A DNA stretch of 36,109 bases from Candidatus Stercoripulliclostridium sp. (GCA_045631675.1 JAZQVF010000025.1:1-36109), one strand, 5' to 3'. Shown: positions 9,423 through 18,729, counted from the stretch's first letter. Made by a program: numbers and translations. The notes: generated from the sequence alone by a model not told the origin.

Positions 9423-10157
9423 TTAGTCTTCAAAAACTTCTTCTGCAGCAACTTCTTTGTCGCTTACGTATTCAGTACCTTCTTTAGCTGCGATAACTGC
9501 ATCAGCCATTACGCTTGCGATAAGTTTAATAGCGCGGATAGCGTCGTCGTTACCAGGGATTACGTAGTCAACGAGATCGGGATCACAGTTGGTGTCTACA
9601 AGACCTACGATTGGAATACCAAGAGCGCGTGCTTCTTGAACTGCGATGTGCTCAATCTTGAGGTCAACTACGAACAATGCACCGGGAAGGTTACGCATGT
9701 TCTTGATGCCACCAAGGTTTTGTTCAAGTTTATCACGTTCTGCTTTGAGTTTGATAACTTCTTTCTTGGGGAGAAGTTCAAATTCGCCGATAGCTTCCAT
9801 TTGGTTGAGCTTGTTTAGTTTGTCAATACGGGTACGAATAGTTTGGAAGTTGGTAAGGGTACCACCGAGCCATCTTTCGTTCATGTAGAACATACCACAA
9901 CGTTCTGCTTCTTGTTGGATAGCTTCTTTTGCTTGCTTTTTCTTACCTACGAAAAGAATGTTCTTGCCTTCGGATGCTACTTTGTGGATGAACTTGTATG
10001 CTTCTTCTACAAGGTCAACGGTAAGTTGAAGATCGATAATGTGGATATCGTTTCTTGCATCGTAAATGTACTTGCCCATCTTGGGGTTCCATTTTTTGGT
10101 TTGGTGTCCGAAGTGAACGCCTGCTTCTAAGAGTTGCTTCATTGAAATAACTGCCAT
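9423..10157 (-). CDS. rpsB: 30S ribosomal protein S2
   Basis: 244 aa. [36 protein letters not shown]. Confidence 0.97.
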   Translation of the reverse strand: MAVISMKQLLEAGVHFGHQTKKWNPKMGKYIYDARNDIHIIDLQLTVDLVEEAYKFIHKVASEGKNILFVGKKKQAKEAIQQEAERCGMFYMNERWLGGTLTNFQTIRTRIDKLNKLNQMEAIGEFELLPKKEVIKLKAERDKLEQNLGGIKNMRNLPGALFVVDLKIEHIAVQEARALGIPIVGLVDTNCDPDLVDYVIPGNDDAIRAIKLIASVMADAVIAAKEGTEYVSDKEVAAEEVFED

Positions 10158-10265
10158 TTTAAATATACCTCCTGATTTGTTTTTTCCTCCCCATGCTTCT
10201 TAAAAAACCGCCACCTTAACGGCAACAACGATTTTCTCTGCAAGGGTGCGTATTATGGCTTATGT

Positions 10266-10295
10266 ATGATAACACAATAAGTAGGCCTTTTGCAA
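10266..10295 (-). promoter_or_regulatory. Candidate sigma-A promoter for rpsB-tsf, implying a ~100-nt leader
   Basis: Minus sense: TTGCAA-18 nt-TATCAT with an upstream TGt. Lies just downstream of the terminator of the preceding operon. Confidence 0.4.
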
Positions 10296-10327
10296 ACGAT
10301 TTAATACACTTTTTATATAAATATAAA

Positions 10328-10352
10328 AATAAAAAGCCCATTTGGGGCTTCT
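10328..10352 (-). terminator. Rho-independent terminator ending the rarA...MBG operon
   Basis: Minus sense: AAGCCC-CAAAT-GGGCTT followed by TTTTATTTTTAT. Located ~28 nt after the stop at 10380. Confidence 0.8.
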
Positions 10353-10379
10353 TATCTAATTAGTTGTATTATTTTAGGT

Positions 10380-11786
10380 TTACCATTCGTAACCATCGTT
10401 TTTTCTTGCTTCCCTTCTCTTCCTTGCATCGTCGTCTGCTTTTCGCTTAGCGTTGCGATATTGCCATCTTTCTGCTATAAACAACATAATGATAAAGACG
10501 ATAACAGCGGCAATGGTAAGCCAAAGTACGGTCGTACTATATGAGTCTTCAAAAATAATTACGGTACCAAGAGAAGGTGCGTTAAAAGAAAGTGTTCCGT
10601 TCATGTATTCATACTTGGTAATTTTACTTACAACACCATTGTTATCAATTACAACGATAAAATAGTTTTTATCCGCATTCAAACTTGTGAAATTATTGAA
10701 CGCAATTGACACTTTGTCGGATATTTGCGCACCATTTTGTACGTCAAGTTGATAAATAAGCGTTGCTTTAGAAGTAAAGTTAAGCATACGATATCTTCTT
10801 GCCGTCTTAACAAACTCCTTACCCTCTTCACTCTTAGCGTCAACTATCGTTCCGTTGTAAATGGTTGATGGAGCAAAAACACCGGATACGTCAAATTCAA
10901 TAGAAGTTCCTTCAATTGCACCTATGGCGCTTAAACCATTAATGGTTAGTGAGCCCGGTGTGTACTCAAACCTATAATTTTCTGCAACACCACCATTAGC
11001 ATTGACAAGATGCACGCCAACTTCAGTTGCGTTGGTAGTAACGGTGGGCATTCTTTCTATCACACTAACGTTTTCTTCCCCTACGAATCCGATAATATTC
11101 ATAGAAAACTCAGGGGTTTCTCCGTAAGTAATTGAAGTATTGTTTACGCTAACGTACAAAGTACGTTTTTGAATAACGAGAGTGGTTTCCCCGTCAATAT
11201 CTCCTATCATATAGTTAGGATTACTCGTTGAAAAGAACATATCGTAGGTATCAGCGTGAACGGGTAACACGCCTACTTCAAGTTCGTGTGCACTTTCGTT
11301 ACCCTTGTAAGTCGTGATAATTTCACACTCATCACCGGTAAAAACACCTAAAGGTGATACACCGCGACCATACCCCATACCACTATATAGGAAAGTCGTT
11401 GCGCCACTCACAACGATATTCAAAGGTTTGGGAGTAATTTCAAAACTTACTTCCGCTTGCTTTAACGGTTCAACGTTATTAATGGTAACCGTTGCTACGT
11501 AATTACCTACGTCTTTTGCCTCGCTAACTACTTCACCATCTTTAAGATAGGAAATAGTATAATCTCTAAATTCCATACCGTTTTTAGTAACGTTTAGAGG
11601 CAAATCTAACGCTTTTCCATCATAAATAAAACTGTTGGTAGTAAGACTGAAAGCATAATTGTCTTCTTCTGCCCTTGCAGTAACTTGTGAAGTTGAAAGC
11701 GTTATACATACAACACAAAGCGCGATAACAATTGCTATCGCTGAATAAAGGAATAAATTTTTAACCTTTGAATTAACTCTGCTCAT
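10380..11786 (-). CDS. Cell-surface protein with MBG-type repeat domains, an N-terminal signal/anchor and a C-terminal TM anchor with a charged tail
   Basis: Repeats resemble MBG domains (ITPKPLNIVVSG...; IQKRTLYVSVNNTSITYGETPEF...; VAENYRFEYTPGSLTING). C-terminal TM (VLWLTIAAVIVFIIMLFIA) is followed by RWQYRNAKRKADDDARKRREARK. The start is uncertain: ATG 11786 (used here) or the track's TTG 11822. Neither has a well-spaced SD. Confidence 0.7.
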   Translation of the reverse strand: MSRVNSKVKNLFLYSAIAIVIALCVVCITLSTSQVTARAEEDNYAFSLTTNSFIYDGKALDLPLNVTKNGMEFRDYTISYLKDGEVVSEAKDVGNYVATVTINNVEPLKQAEVSFEITPKPLNIVVSGATTFLYSGMGYGRGVSPLGVFTGDECEIITTYKGNESAHELEVGVLPVHADTYDMFFSTSNPNYMIGDIDGETTLVIQKRTLYVSVNNTSITYGETPEFSMNIIGFVGEENVSVIERMPTVTTNATEVGVHLVNANGGVAENYRFEYTPGSLTINGLSAIGAIEGTSIEFDVSGVFAPSTIYNGTIVDAKSEEGKEFVKTARRYRMLNFTSKATLIYQLDVQNGAQISDKVSIAFNNFTSLNADKNYFIVVIDNNGVVSKITKYEYMNGTLSFNAPSLGTVIIFEDSYSTTVLWLTIAAVIVFIIMLFIAERWQYRNAKRKADDDARKRREARKNDGYEW

Positions 11787-11837
11787 ATATATTAGAATAC
11801 CATATAGTCTCCTACTTTTCAAGTAGGAATTTTAAGA

Positions 11838-12470
11838 TTAGGCTACCCTTACACTCTTGATAACTAAAATTGGGTATGGGAAGGTAGTAAAACCATAGCC
11901 GATGTTGCCATAAGTTGAGTCTGCAAGAATACTCAAATTATTCTTGCTTTCTTGTTCATCAACGATGGTACCAAAACCTGCGTATTCGCCATCCCAACTT
12001 GGGTATGAACCCGTGCAAAGGAAAAATTGACTGGTTGCGCTATCCTTCACGTTGGTTCTTGCCATAGAAATAGTGCCAAAAACGTGCTTTATGTCATTCT
12101 TATCCCAACCATTTGATGCAAATTCGCCCTTGATTGATGGAATTTCAGGTGCTTCTTCAATAGAGTTATCTACTATCCTATATCCACCACCTTGTAAACA
12201 TCCACCTGGTACTATACGATGGAAAATAAGTCCATCATAATATCCGTCGTTTGCAAGATTGGTGAAGTTTTCTACACTCTTAGGTGCTTTGTCAGGGTGT
12301 AGTTGAATTTTAACTACTCTGTCAGTGCCATCTTGATCGGTAATGATAAAGGTTGCTACGTATTGCATATTTTCTCCTTCTCCATTTTCCTTACAACCTA
12401 TTAAACACGCGCCTACGCTTGTACATATAAATAAAATAAGTAAAATGGATATAAATTTCTTCACTTTCAT
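11838..12470 (-). CDS. Cyclophilin-type peptidyl-prolyl cis-trans isomerase, lipoprotein
   Basis: MKVKKFISILLILFICTSVGAC lipobox, then the cyclophilin core (APKSVENFTNLANDGYYDGLIFHRIVPGGCLQGGG). GAGGA RBS. ATG 12470 lies 1 nt after the upstream stop. The track's 241-aa version extends into the upstream gene. Confidence 0.9.
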   Translation of the reverse strand: MKVKKFISILLILFICTSVGACLIGCKENGEGENMQYVATFIITDQDGTDRVVKIQLHPDKAPKSVENFTNLANDGYYDGLIFHRIVPGGCLQGGGYRIVDNSIEEAPEIPSIKGEFASNGWDKNDIKHVFGTISMARTNVKDSATSQFFLCTGSYPSWDGEYAGFGTIVDEQESKNNLSILADSTYGNIGYGFTTFPYPILVIKSVRVA

Positions 12471-12471
12471 T

Positions 12472-12810
12472 TTAGTCCTCATTAGGAGTACCGTCGGCGT
12501 GCATACCAAATTGTTCAACGTACATAGCGTCAAATGCTTCAAAAGCAGCGTCAAGTTCATCATCGTCGCTAATAGGTAAATACTTTTCTTCGCCGTCTTC
12601 GGTAAACTCTACGCGATTAATTAGCAGATCGCCTTCTTCAAAACCATCAATATCTTCTATAGGTTCAAGGTATGCGTAAGTTTTGCCGTCTACTTCAAGC
12701 ATAGCAAGAAGGGAAAATTCTACTTCTTCACCAGTTTCTTCGTTCAAAAGCACGATAACTTCTTCCTCTTCTAATTCTTCAATATCGTTTTTAATTTTGT
12801 CGTTAGCCAT
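12472..12810 (-). CDS. DUF1292 (YrzB-like) acidic small protein
   Basis: 112 aa, very acidic. VLLNEETGEEVEFSLLAMLEVDGKTYAYLEP is the DUF1292 pattern. Lies next to ruvX, as in Bacillus. Confidence 0.8.
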   Translation of the reverse strand: MANDKIKNDIEELEEEEVIVLLNEETGEEVEFSLLAMLEVDGKTYAYLEPIEDIDGFEEGDLLINRVEFTEDGEEKYLPISDDDELDAAFEAFDAMYVEQFGMHADGTPNED

Positions 12811-12826
12811 ATTATTCTCCTTATGA

Positions 12827-13243
12827 TTAGTAGTTAATTTTATCTAAATAAGATTGCAAAATAATTGTTGCAGCAACCTTATCAATAACTTTTTTGCGTT
12901 TTTCTCTTCTTACACCGCCTTGAATTAGCATTCTTTCTGCTTGCACGGTAGTAAGTCTTTCATCTTGAAATACTATCTTTCTTTCTCCGATATATTCCTT
13001 TAATTCTTCTGCAAATTGGCGAGTGATAGTTACTCTATCCCCTTCAGTGCCATCCATATTGACGGGTAGACCTATTACGATAGTATCCACTTGATTGTTT
13101 TTGCAAAAATCTCTTATATATTCATAGTCCTTAGGCGCGCCCTTTCTCGTATAAGTTTCGTATCCTGAAGCAATAATGCCCATGATATCACTTGTTGCAA
13201 ACCCTATTCTAACGTCACCTACGTCTAATGCTAATTTTCTCAT
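12827..13243 (-). CDS. ruvX: YqgF/RuvX putative pre-16S rRNA nuclease (Holliday-junction-resolvase-like)
   Basis: 138 aa. KLALDVGDVRIGFATSD and DERLTTVQAE motifs. Confidence 0.9.
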   Translation of the reverse strand: MRKLALDVGDVRIGFATSDIMGIIASGYETYTRKGAPKDYEYIRDFCKNNQVDTIVIGLPVNMDGTEGDRVTITRQFAEELKEYIGERKIVFQDERLTTVQAERMLIQGGVRREKRKKVIDKVAATIILQSYLDKINY

Positions 13244-14944
13244 TTATCCTCCTATGCATTCAAACTCTTTTTCTGCATTCAAGAGTTTTTTTAGATATAT
13301 ACTAAGTATAATTATTGGTGGAATAATACATAATGCGTAATATATTGAGTATATGGCGTAATCTCCTAAGTTAAAGGTTTCGCTAAATACTGCAAGCATT
13401 ATGCCTATTACCATATTAAGGAATGAGCATCCTATTGCAATTAGCATAGGTTTCATTACCTTTAGATTGTTTCTCGTTAATTCATTAACGTTAGTCCAAG
13501 TTAAATTCGGTTTTTTAAGGTCGTTATACAATGCCATAGAGTTAAACGCTACGCCAGAAAGTAAGGATAAAAGCGGTAATCCGATTATAACGACAGCATT
13601 GCTTATACCACTCACAATTGGAAAAGCAATTAGTATAACGATGCTTGAAACCAAAGTTAAAGTACTTGCAAAATACAATTTTGCTTTAATAAGGTCCTTA
13701 ATTGCAATAGGCATCGTTTTTAGGACAAACAGGTTTTTCCCCTCTAATGAAAAACCTACGAATCCAAAAGGATTTCCTACGCAAGACATCATGCTAATGA
13801 TGTAAGTTGCTATAGCCACAACGAACACTTGTGAATTCATTCCTTCTTCCAATTCAGGTCCTTCAACGAAGGTTGAATTAAGGAAGAATACTACGATTAT
13901 GGGAAGAATTAAGACCAAAATTATGCTTAAAAACAACTGAGGTTGTCCCATCATAACTCTTAAATCCTTAACTAAAAAACTCTTAATTAAAGAATTAGCC
14001 TTATTTTCCCCTTTCTTTACCTTAGCCTTAAAAGAGCCACCGCCTTCTCCAAGTAGTGTTACCGCTCTCTTGAAGAATACTATTGAAAGTCCAGTGGCTA
14101 CTACAAGAATTAACGTTACTCCTGCAAGGTAAATTAATAAATTTACGGCACAATTATTACCAAGTAAGGCCTCAACGAGTGGATAATTAAATATCGTACC
14201 TTGTTTTAGTCCTACTAAAACGTTAATAATGCCACCATTTAAAACACCTTCTTCCGCTACGCTACTAATCCCCATTACCATTGGGAAATAAATTATGAAA
14301 AACGCTACGTAGCATAATGCCATTCCTATAGTTGTACCTAAGGTGCGATTTTTCAATCTACTTACCAACCACATAATAGGTTGTGAAATTAGCGTTGCAA
14401 CAAGAAGTGGAATCGCTGGTATAAACAAGAAGTTAACTATTTCAACTAAGAAAAAAGTCCAACTTACTGAGTATCCGTACTTTAAAAGCACTATCCCTGA
14501 AGTGGTTGCAAGGGGAAGATAAACGATGCCTGCAAACAATAATTCTGCAAGATAGGTCATAGTAAACTTTGCACCAAATACTACGCCTTCTTTAAATGGT
14601 AAAACGGACAACGTTTTGGCATCTTTTGCAAAATAAAGGTTATTTATAAGCCCTGCAAGACCAAAAAATAAAACCGATATTTGTGCAAGTGCAATAAGGC
14701 CGTAATGCAATTCTTTCACCATATCAGAAGCCATTGCAGCCTTGGTTAATTCAATGGAATTTATAACCAAATAACCAAGTATGCTTGCAAAGCCAAAGAT
14801 AGTAAGTATAATTACGCCACCCTTTCCTATCTTCTTAACGCCCTTAACCTTTTCCACGTTTTTGTTTATGGAAAGACCAAGAGTATTAAGTAACATCGTC
14901 TTTAAGAGTGAAACGTATTGAGCGAAAGCTAACTTAAAGGACAT
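13244..14944 (-). CDS. Large polytopic ABC exporter permease (putative ABC-exporter family, >=12 TM)
   Basis: 566 aa, hydrophobic throughout. Translationally coupled to the ATPase gene (TAATG) and abuts ruvX (TAAATG). Confidence 0.8.
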   Translation of the reverse strand: MSFKLAFAQYVSLLKTMLLNTLGLSINKNVEKVKGVKKIGKGGVIILTIFGFASILGYLVINSIELTKAAMASDMVKELHYGLIALAQISVLFFGLAGLINNLYFAKDAKTLSVLPFKEGVVFGAKFTMTYLAELLFAGIVYLPLATTSGIVLLKYGYSVSWTFFLVEIVNFLFIPAIPLLVATLISQPIMWLVSRLKNRTLGTTIGMALCYVAFFIIYFPMVMGISSVAEEGVLNGGIINVLVGLKQGTIFNYPLVEALLGNNCAVNLLIYLAGVTLILVVATGLSIVFFKRAVTLLGEGGGSFKAKVKKGENKANSLIKSFLVKDLRVMMGQPQLFLSIILVLILPIIVVFFLNSTFVEGPELEEGMNSQVFVVAIATYIISMMSCVGNPFGFVGFSLEGKNLFVLKTMPIAIKDLIKAKLYFASTLTLVSSIVILIAFPIVSGISNAVVIIGLPLLSLLSGVAFNSMALYNDLKKPNLTWTNVNELTRNNLKVMKPMLIAIGCSFLNMVIGIMLAVFSETFNLGDYAIYSIYYALCIIPPIIILSIYLKKLLNAEKEFECIGG

Positions 14945-15666
14945 TACTTAGCCTCCGAGGTTAGTTTTAAGAAGGTGTCTTCAAGCGATTTATCGTTATC
15001 TTTAAGTTCGTTAACGTCATATTCTGCAATTAACTTACCGTTGTCAATAATGCCAACCTTCGTGCAAAGTTTCTCCACAACGTCAAGTACGTGTGAGGAA
15101 AAGAATACCACCTTGCCCTCTTCTGCCATTTTTTGCATTATTTTTTTAAGATTAAAGGTGGATTCTGGGTCCAATCCCGTCATAGGCTCGTCTAATATGA
15201 AGACCTTTGGATCGTGCGCAAGAGAAGCAATTAAACTAATCTTTTGTTTCATACCGTGAGAGTATGAGTTGACTTTTTCATCAAGGTGCGAAGTCATTTC
15301 AAAAATATCAGCGAATTCGTTAATCTTTTTTTCTCTAATTACACCGTCAACGCCGAATATATCCAAAACGAAGTTGATATATTGCCTACCCGTCAAACCC
15401 TCGTAAAGAAAGTGTTCGTCGGCAATATATCCTATTTTGCTCTTTGCAAGCACAGGGTTTTCCTTTAAGTCTACACCGTCAATCTTTATGGTACCTTCTT
15501 CGTACCCTAAAATGCCGGTAAGACACTTAATCGTTGTGGATTTTCCTGCACCATTTGGTCCTAAAAAGCCGTATATTTCACCGCTTTTTGCGGTAAGAGT
15601 GAGGTTATCAACCGCTTTCTTACCGCTTGAGCGATATGTTTTTGACAGGTTGGAAATTTCAATCAT
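14944..15666 (-). CDS. ABC transporter ATP-binding protein (ABC-2/DrrA-like)
   Basis: 240 aa. Walker A GPNGAGKST, signature YSHGMKQK, Walker B VFILDEP. Confidence 0.9.
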   Translation of the reverse strand: MIEISNLSKTYRSSGKKAVDNLTLTAKSGEIYGFLGPNGAGKSTTIKCLTGILGYEEGTIKIDGVDLKENPVLAKSKIGYIADEHFLYEGLTGRQYINFVLDIFGVDGVIREKKINEFADIFEMTSHLDEKVNSYSHGMKQKISLIASLAHDPKVFILDEPMTGLDPESTFNLKKIMQKMAEEGKVVFFSSHVLDVVEKLCTKVGIIDNGKLIAEYDVNELKDNDKSLEDTFLKLTSEAK

Positions 15667-15672
15667 TTTTGA

Positions 15673-16209
15673 TTAATAATTTTTCTTTTCAAGTTCAAAA
15701 TATGCCTTGGGATGAGCGCAAACTGGGCAAAGCTCGGGAGCCTTTACACCAAAATGAATGTGTCCACAGTTACGGCAACGCCATTCGGTTGCTTCACCTT
15801 TTGCAAATACGGTACCATTTTCAATGTTTGCAATAAGTGCACGATAGCGTTCTTCGTGAGTCTTCTCAATCGCTGCAACGCCTCTTAGTTTAGCAGCAAG
15901 CGCTACGAAACCTTCTGCTTCTGCTTCATCAGCAAATACTCTATACATTTCGGTCCATTCTTCGTTTTCACCAGCCGCTGCTGCAAGAAGGTTTTCCATA
16001 GTTGAACCGATACCGTTAAGTTCTTTGAACCAAAGTTTAGCGTGTTCTTTTTCGTTAAGAGCAGTTTCTTGGAAAATTGCTGCTATTTGCTCATAGCCTT
16101 CTTTCTTTGCCTTAGATGCAAAATAGTCGTACTTGTTGCGTGCTTGTGATTCGCCTGCAAATGCGTACCATAGGTTTTTTTCGGTCTTAGTGCCTTTTAA
16201 ATCTGCCAT
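15673..16209 (-). CDS. rbr: Rubrerythrin
   Basis: 178 aa. Ferritin-like di-iron domain ([17 protein letters not shown]) plus a C-terminal rubredoxin CRNCG...CPVC. Confidence 0.9.
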   Translation of the reverse strand: MADLKGTKTEKNLWYAFAGESQARNKYDYFASKAKKEGYEQIAAIFQETALNEKEHAKLWFKELNGIGSTMENLLAAAAGENEEWTEMYRVFADEAEAEGFVALAAKLRGVAAIEKTHEERYRALIANIENGTVFAKGEATEWRCRNCGHIHFGVKAPELCPVCAHPKAYFELEKKNY

Positions 16210-16214
16210 AAATG

Positions 16215-17504
16215 TTACTCCTTATTATTATTTTTGTCTTTGGGTATTATTATGTTTTTTTCTCTACCATTGTTACTTGGCTCATAAAATCTTACGTCAC
16301 CAAGTGCCTCTGGCAAATATCTTTGTTCAACCCAACCACCGTAATCGTGTGGGTACTTATATCCCGATACCTTTTCAACCTTGTAGTTGGCATCTCTAAG
16401 GTAGTAAGGAATGGTTTGGTCTTCTGCCCTTTTGCTATATTCATCAGCAGAATACATTGCGTTTACCACTGAATTTGATTTCGGGGCAAGGCATACGTAA
16501 ATTATTGCCTCAGTTAGCGGTATCCTACCTTCGGGTATACCAAGTTTTTCCATTGCTTGAAGAGCATTCATAGCAATATTCAATGCATATGGGTCTGCCA
16601 TACCTACGTCTTCTGCGCTATGTACGACCAGCCTTCTACAAATAAGCATAGGATCACAACCTGCATTTAACAAACGCATCGCGTAATATACTGCCGCATC
16701 GGGGTCAGAACCACGTAAACTTTTACAAAAGGCAGAAATTATGTCGTAATATAGACTTTCATCAACGGAAAGCGCTCTCTTTTGTGAAACTTCTTCCGCT
16801 ATCTTTACGTCAACTTCAATTATACCTTGTTCGTTTGGAGAAGTGGTAATTACGGCAAGTTCAAGTGCGTTAAATGCGTTACGCATATCGCCGTTAGCCA
16901 TCCATGCAATATGGTTTAATGCTTGTTCAGTTACTTGTGGCTTGTATTGTCCTAAGCCTTTAACGTCATCTTTTAACGCACGAAGTAGTCCTTCTTTAAT
17001 ATCATCTTGAGTAAGAGGTTTGAACTCAAATATACGGCATCTACTTACGATAGCCTTAGTCATCGTAACAAATGGATTTTCCGTCGTTGAGCCAATGAAA
17101 ATTATTTCACCCTTTTCAATAGCGCTTAAAACACAATCGCTTTGCGCCTTAGACCAACGATGACATTCATCAAGTAAAAGATAGGTCTTTTTGCCATAAA
17201 GTGATAGACGAGAGCGTGCATCGTCAATTACTTTTTTCGCGTCACTTACACCACTGGAAACAGCATTCAAATAAGCGTATGCAGCGCCCGTTGATTCTGC
17301 AATTATATTTGCAAGAGTGGTCTTGCCTGTGCCTGGAGGTCCGTAAAATATACAACTACCTAATCTATCGGCCTCTATTGCACGAGAAAGCAATGATCCT
17401 TTTGAGATCAAATGTTTTTGCCCGATAAAATCTTGCAAACGATTGGGGCGCATTCTTTCACTAAGTGGCGCCATTGATTTTCTTGATGCTTCAAATAAAT
17501 CCAT
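16215..17504 (-). CDS. rarA: Replication-associated recombination protein A (MgsA/RarA AAA+ ATPase)
   Basis: [11 protein letters not shown] Walker [10 protein letters not shown] Walker B, C-terminal MgsA domain. I place the start at ATG 17504. The track's GTG 17510 would lie upstream of the predicted transcription start. Confidence 0.9.
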   Translation of the reverse strand: MDLFEASRKSMAPLSERMRPNRLQDFIGQKHLISKGSLLSRAIEADRLGSCIFYGPPGTGKTTLANIIAESTGAAYAYLNAVSSGVSDAKKVIDDARSRLSLYGKKTYLLLDECHRWSKAQSDCVLSAIEKGEIIFIGSTTENPFVTMTKAIVSRCRIFEFKPLTQDDIKEGLLRALKDDVKGLGQYKPQVTEQALNHIAWMANGDMRNAFNALELAVITTSPNEQGIIEVDVKIAEEVSQKRALSVDESLYYDIISAFCKSLRGSDPDAAVYYAMRLLNAGCDPMLICRRLVVHSAEDVGMADPYALNIAMNALQAMEKLGIPEGRIPLTEAIIYVCLAPKSNSVVNAMYSADEYSKRAEDQTIPYYLRDANYKVEKVSGYKYPHDYGGWVEQRYLPEALGDVRFYEPSNNGREKNIIIPKDKNNNKE

Positions 17505-17512
17505 ACGCACTT

Positions 17513-17541
17513 ATATTATCACGCGCGCAAGCAAAAGTCAA
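17513..17541 (-). promoter_or_regulatory. Near-consensus sigma-A promoter driving a leaderless or almost leaderless rarA mRNA
   Basis: Minus sense: TTGACT-17 nt-TAATAT with an extended TGa. Only 8 nt (aagtgcgt) separate the -10 from the ATG, and there is no SD. Confidence 0.6.
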
Positions 17542-17567
17542 TAAGTACAAATTGAATATTGAATGAG

Positions 17568-17596
17568 TTGACATATTTTTGACGTCGTGCTAAACT
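17568..17596 (+). promoter_or_regulatory. Sigma-A promoter for rnpB
   Basis: TTGACA-17 nt-TAAACT, ending 6-7 nt before the first base of the RNase P RNA P1 stem. Divergent from the rarA promoter. Confidence 0.6.
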
Positions 17597-17602
17597 TTTT
17601 AT

Positions 17603-17916
17603 AGTTAGTCAGACGGCTGCACCAAGTGTGAGGAAAGTCCGAGCATCACAGGGCAGAGTGGCAGAGAAATCCTGCCGGAGGCAACTTTAGGGAAAGTGCA
17701 ACAGAAAAGTACCGCTATCGTTGATAGTAAGGGTGAAAAGGTGAGGTAAGAGCTCACCAGCAGTTCGGCAACGAAATTGGCTGTGTAAACCCCACTCGAT
17801 GCAAGAGAAAAGGGACTATGGGCTGCCCGTCCGTCCCCTCAATCGCTAGATCCCATAGGTGACTATGGGGCAAGACAGATGGTCGTCAAATACAGAACTC
17901 GGCTTATAGACTAACT
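17603..17916 (+). ncRNA. rnpB: RNase P RNA (bacterial type A-like)
   Basis: Universal P4 elements GAGGAAAGTCCGAGC and ACAGAACTCGGCTTATAG. Also GGAAAGTGCAACAGAAAAGTACCGC and GGTAAGAGCTCACCAG. P1 pairing is AGTTAGTC (17603-10) with GACTAACT (17909-16). ~314 nt. Confidence 0.9.
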
Positions 17917-17921
17917 CAAGA

Positions 17922-17951
17922 ATCCACCTTAGGGTGGTATTTTTGTTTTTT
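17922..17951 (+). terminator. rnpB terminator
   Basis: CCACC-TTAG-GGTGG followed by TATTTTTGTTTTTT. The stem is short (5 bp) but the U-tract is long. Confidence 0.6.
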
Positions 17952-17954
17952 AGC

Positions 17955-17982
17955 ACTTTTTGTCGATTTTCAGCATATATTA
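17955..17982 (+). promoter_or_regulatory. Mother-cell (sigma-K/sigma-E type) promoter candidate for sigK
   Basis: AC-17 nt-CATATATTA matches the AC-N16-17-CATAnnnTA sigma-K consensus. Lies downstream of the rnpB terminator and ~18 nt upstream of the proposed start codon. Confidence 0.4.
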
Positions 17983-17999
17983 TCTCTAAAAGGCAGGTT

Positions 18000-18704
18000 A
18001 TTATTTTACTTGAAGGTTTCTTTGCAGTACTCTCTGGCGTATTATTATTAACTTCGGGAATAGAAAGTCATAATTCTTTTCCCCATCCCCTATCTCCTGA
18101 AAAGGAAAAATATTACCTTGAAAGATTTCAAAACGGTGACGTAAGCGCTCGTGACGTTTTAGTTAAACACAACCTAAGGTTAATCGTTTATATTGCAAAA
18201 AAATACACAAATTATCCCGACAAAGACGAATTGATTTCCGTTGGAACTATAGGACTGATTAAAGCAATAAACACTTATAAAGGGGACAAAAGCACTACCC
18301 TTGCTACCTATGCATCAAGATGTATTGAGAACGAAATACTAATGGCTATGCGCGCCTATAAAAAAAGACAAAACGACCTTTCTCTATATGATGAAATAGG
18401 CACCGATAACGATGGTAATCAACTAAAAATTATAGATATGCTTTCTATTGATGAAGAAACTATGTATAAGAAAACGGAAAACGATATAACCCGTCAAGGC
18501 ATTGTCAAACTAATTGACAAACATCTTAATGAAAGGGAAAAACAATTAATTGACATAAGGTACGGACTTACTGAGGGCGAAGGTAAAACTCAACAAGAAA
18601 CAGCCGATATTCTCGGCATTTCAAGAAGTTACGTATCAAGGCTTGAAAAAGCGGTACTACATAAACTTCGTACCGCAATTAATAAAGAAAATTTGGAATT
18701 TTAA
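18000..18704 (+). CDS. sigK: Sporulation sigma factor K (pro-sigma-K), uninterrupted
   Basis: Strong similarity to SigK: NSFPHPLSPEKEKYYL, HNLRLIVYIAKKY, LISVGTIGLIKAINTY, LATYASRCIENEILM, ISRSYVSRLEKAVLHKL. The start is unresolved. ATT 18000 gives a 20-aa pro-peptide and fits the promoter. The track's GTG 17934 and the in-frame TTG 17943 lie inside the rnpB terminator. Confidence 0.9.
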   Translation: MILLEGFFAVLSGVLLLTSGIESHNSFPHPLSPEKEKYYLERFQNGDVSARDVLVKHNLRLIVYIAKKYTNYPDKDELISVGTIGLIKAINTYKGDKSTTLATYASRCIENEILMAMRAYKKRQNDLSLYDEIGTDNDGNQLKIIDMLSIDEETMYKKTENDITRQGIVKLIDKHLNEREKQLIDIRYGLTEGEGKTQQETADILGISRSYVSRLEKAVLHKLRTAINKENLEF

Positions 18705-18712
18705 ATGATTAG

Positions 18713-18729
18713 TTAGTACAATGTACTAA
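18713..18729. terminator. Weak hairpin between the convergent sigK and pseudouridine synthase genes
   Basis: TTAGTAC-AAT-GTACTAA. It overlaps the minus-strand gene's stop codon and has no good U-tract on either strand. Confidence 0.3.

Noticed and set aside
17934-18704. A skin-like prophage interruption of sigK.
   Set aside because: All four sigma regions are contiguous in one frame, so there is no insertion.
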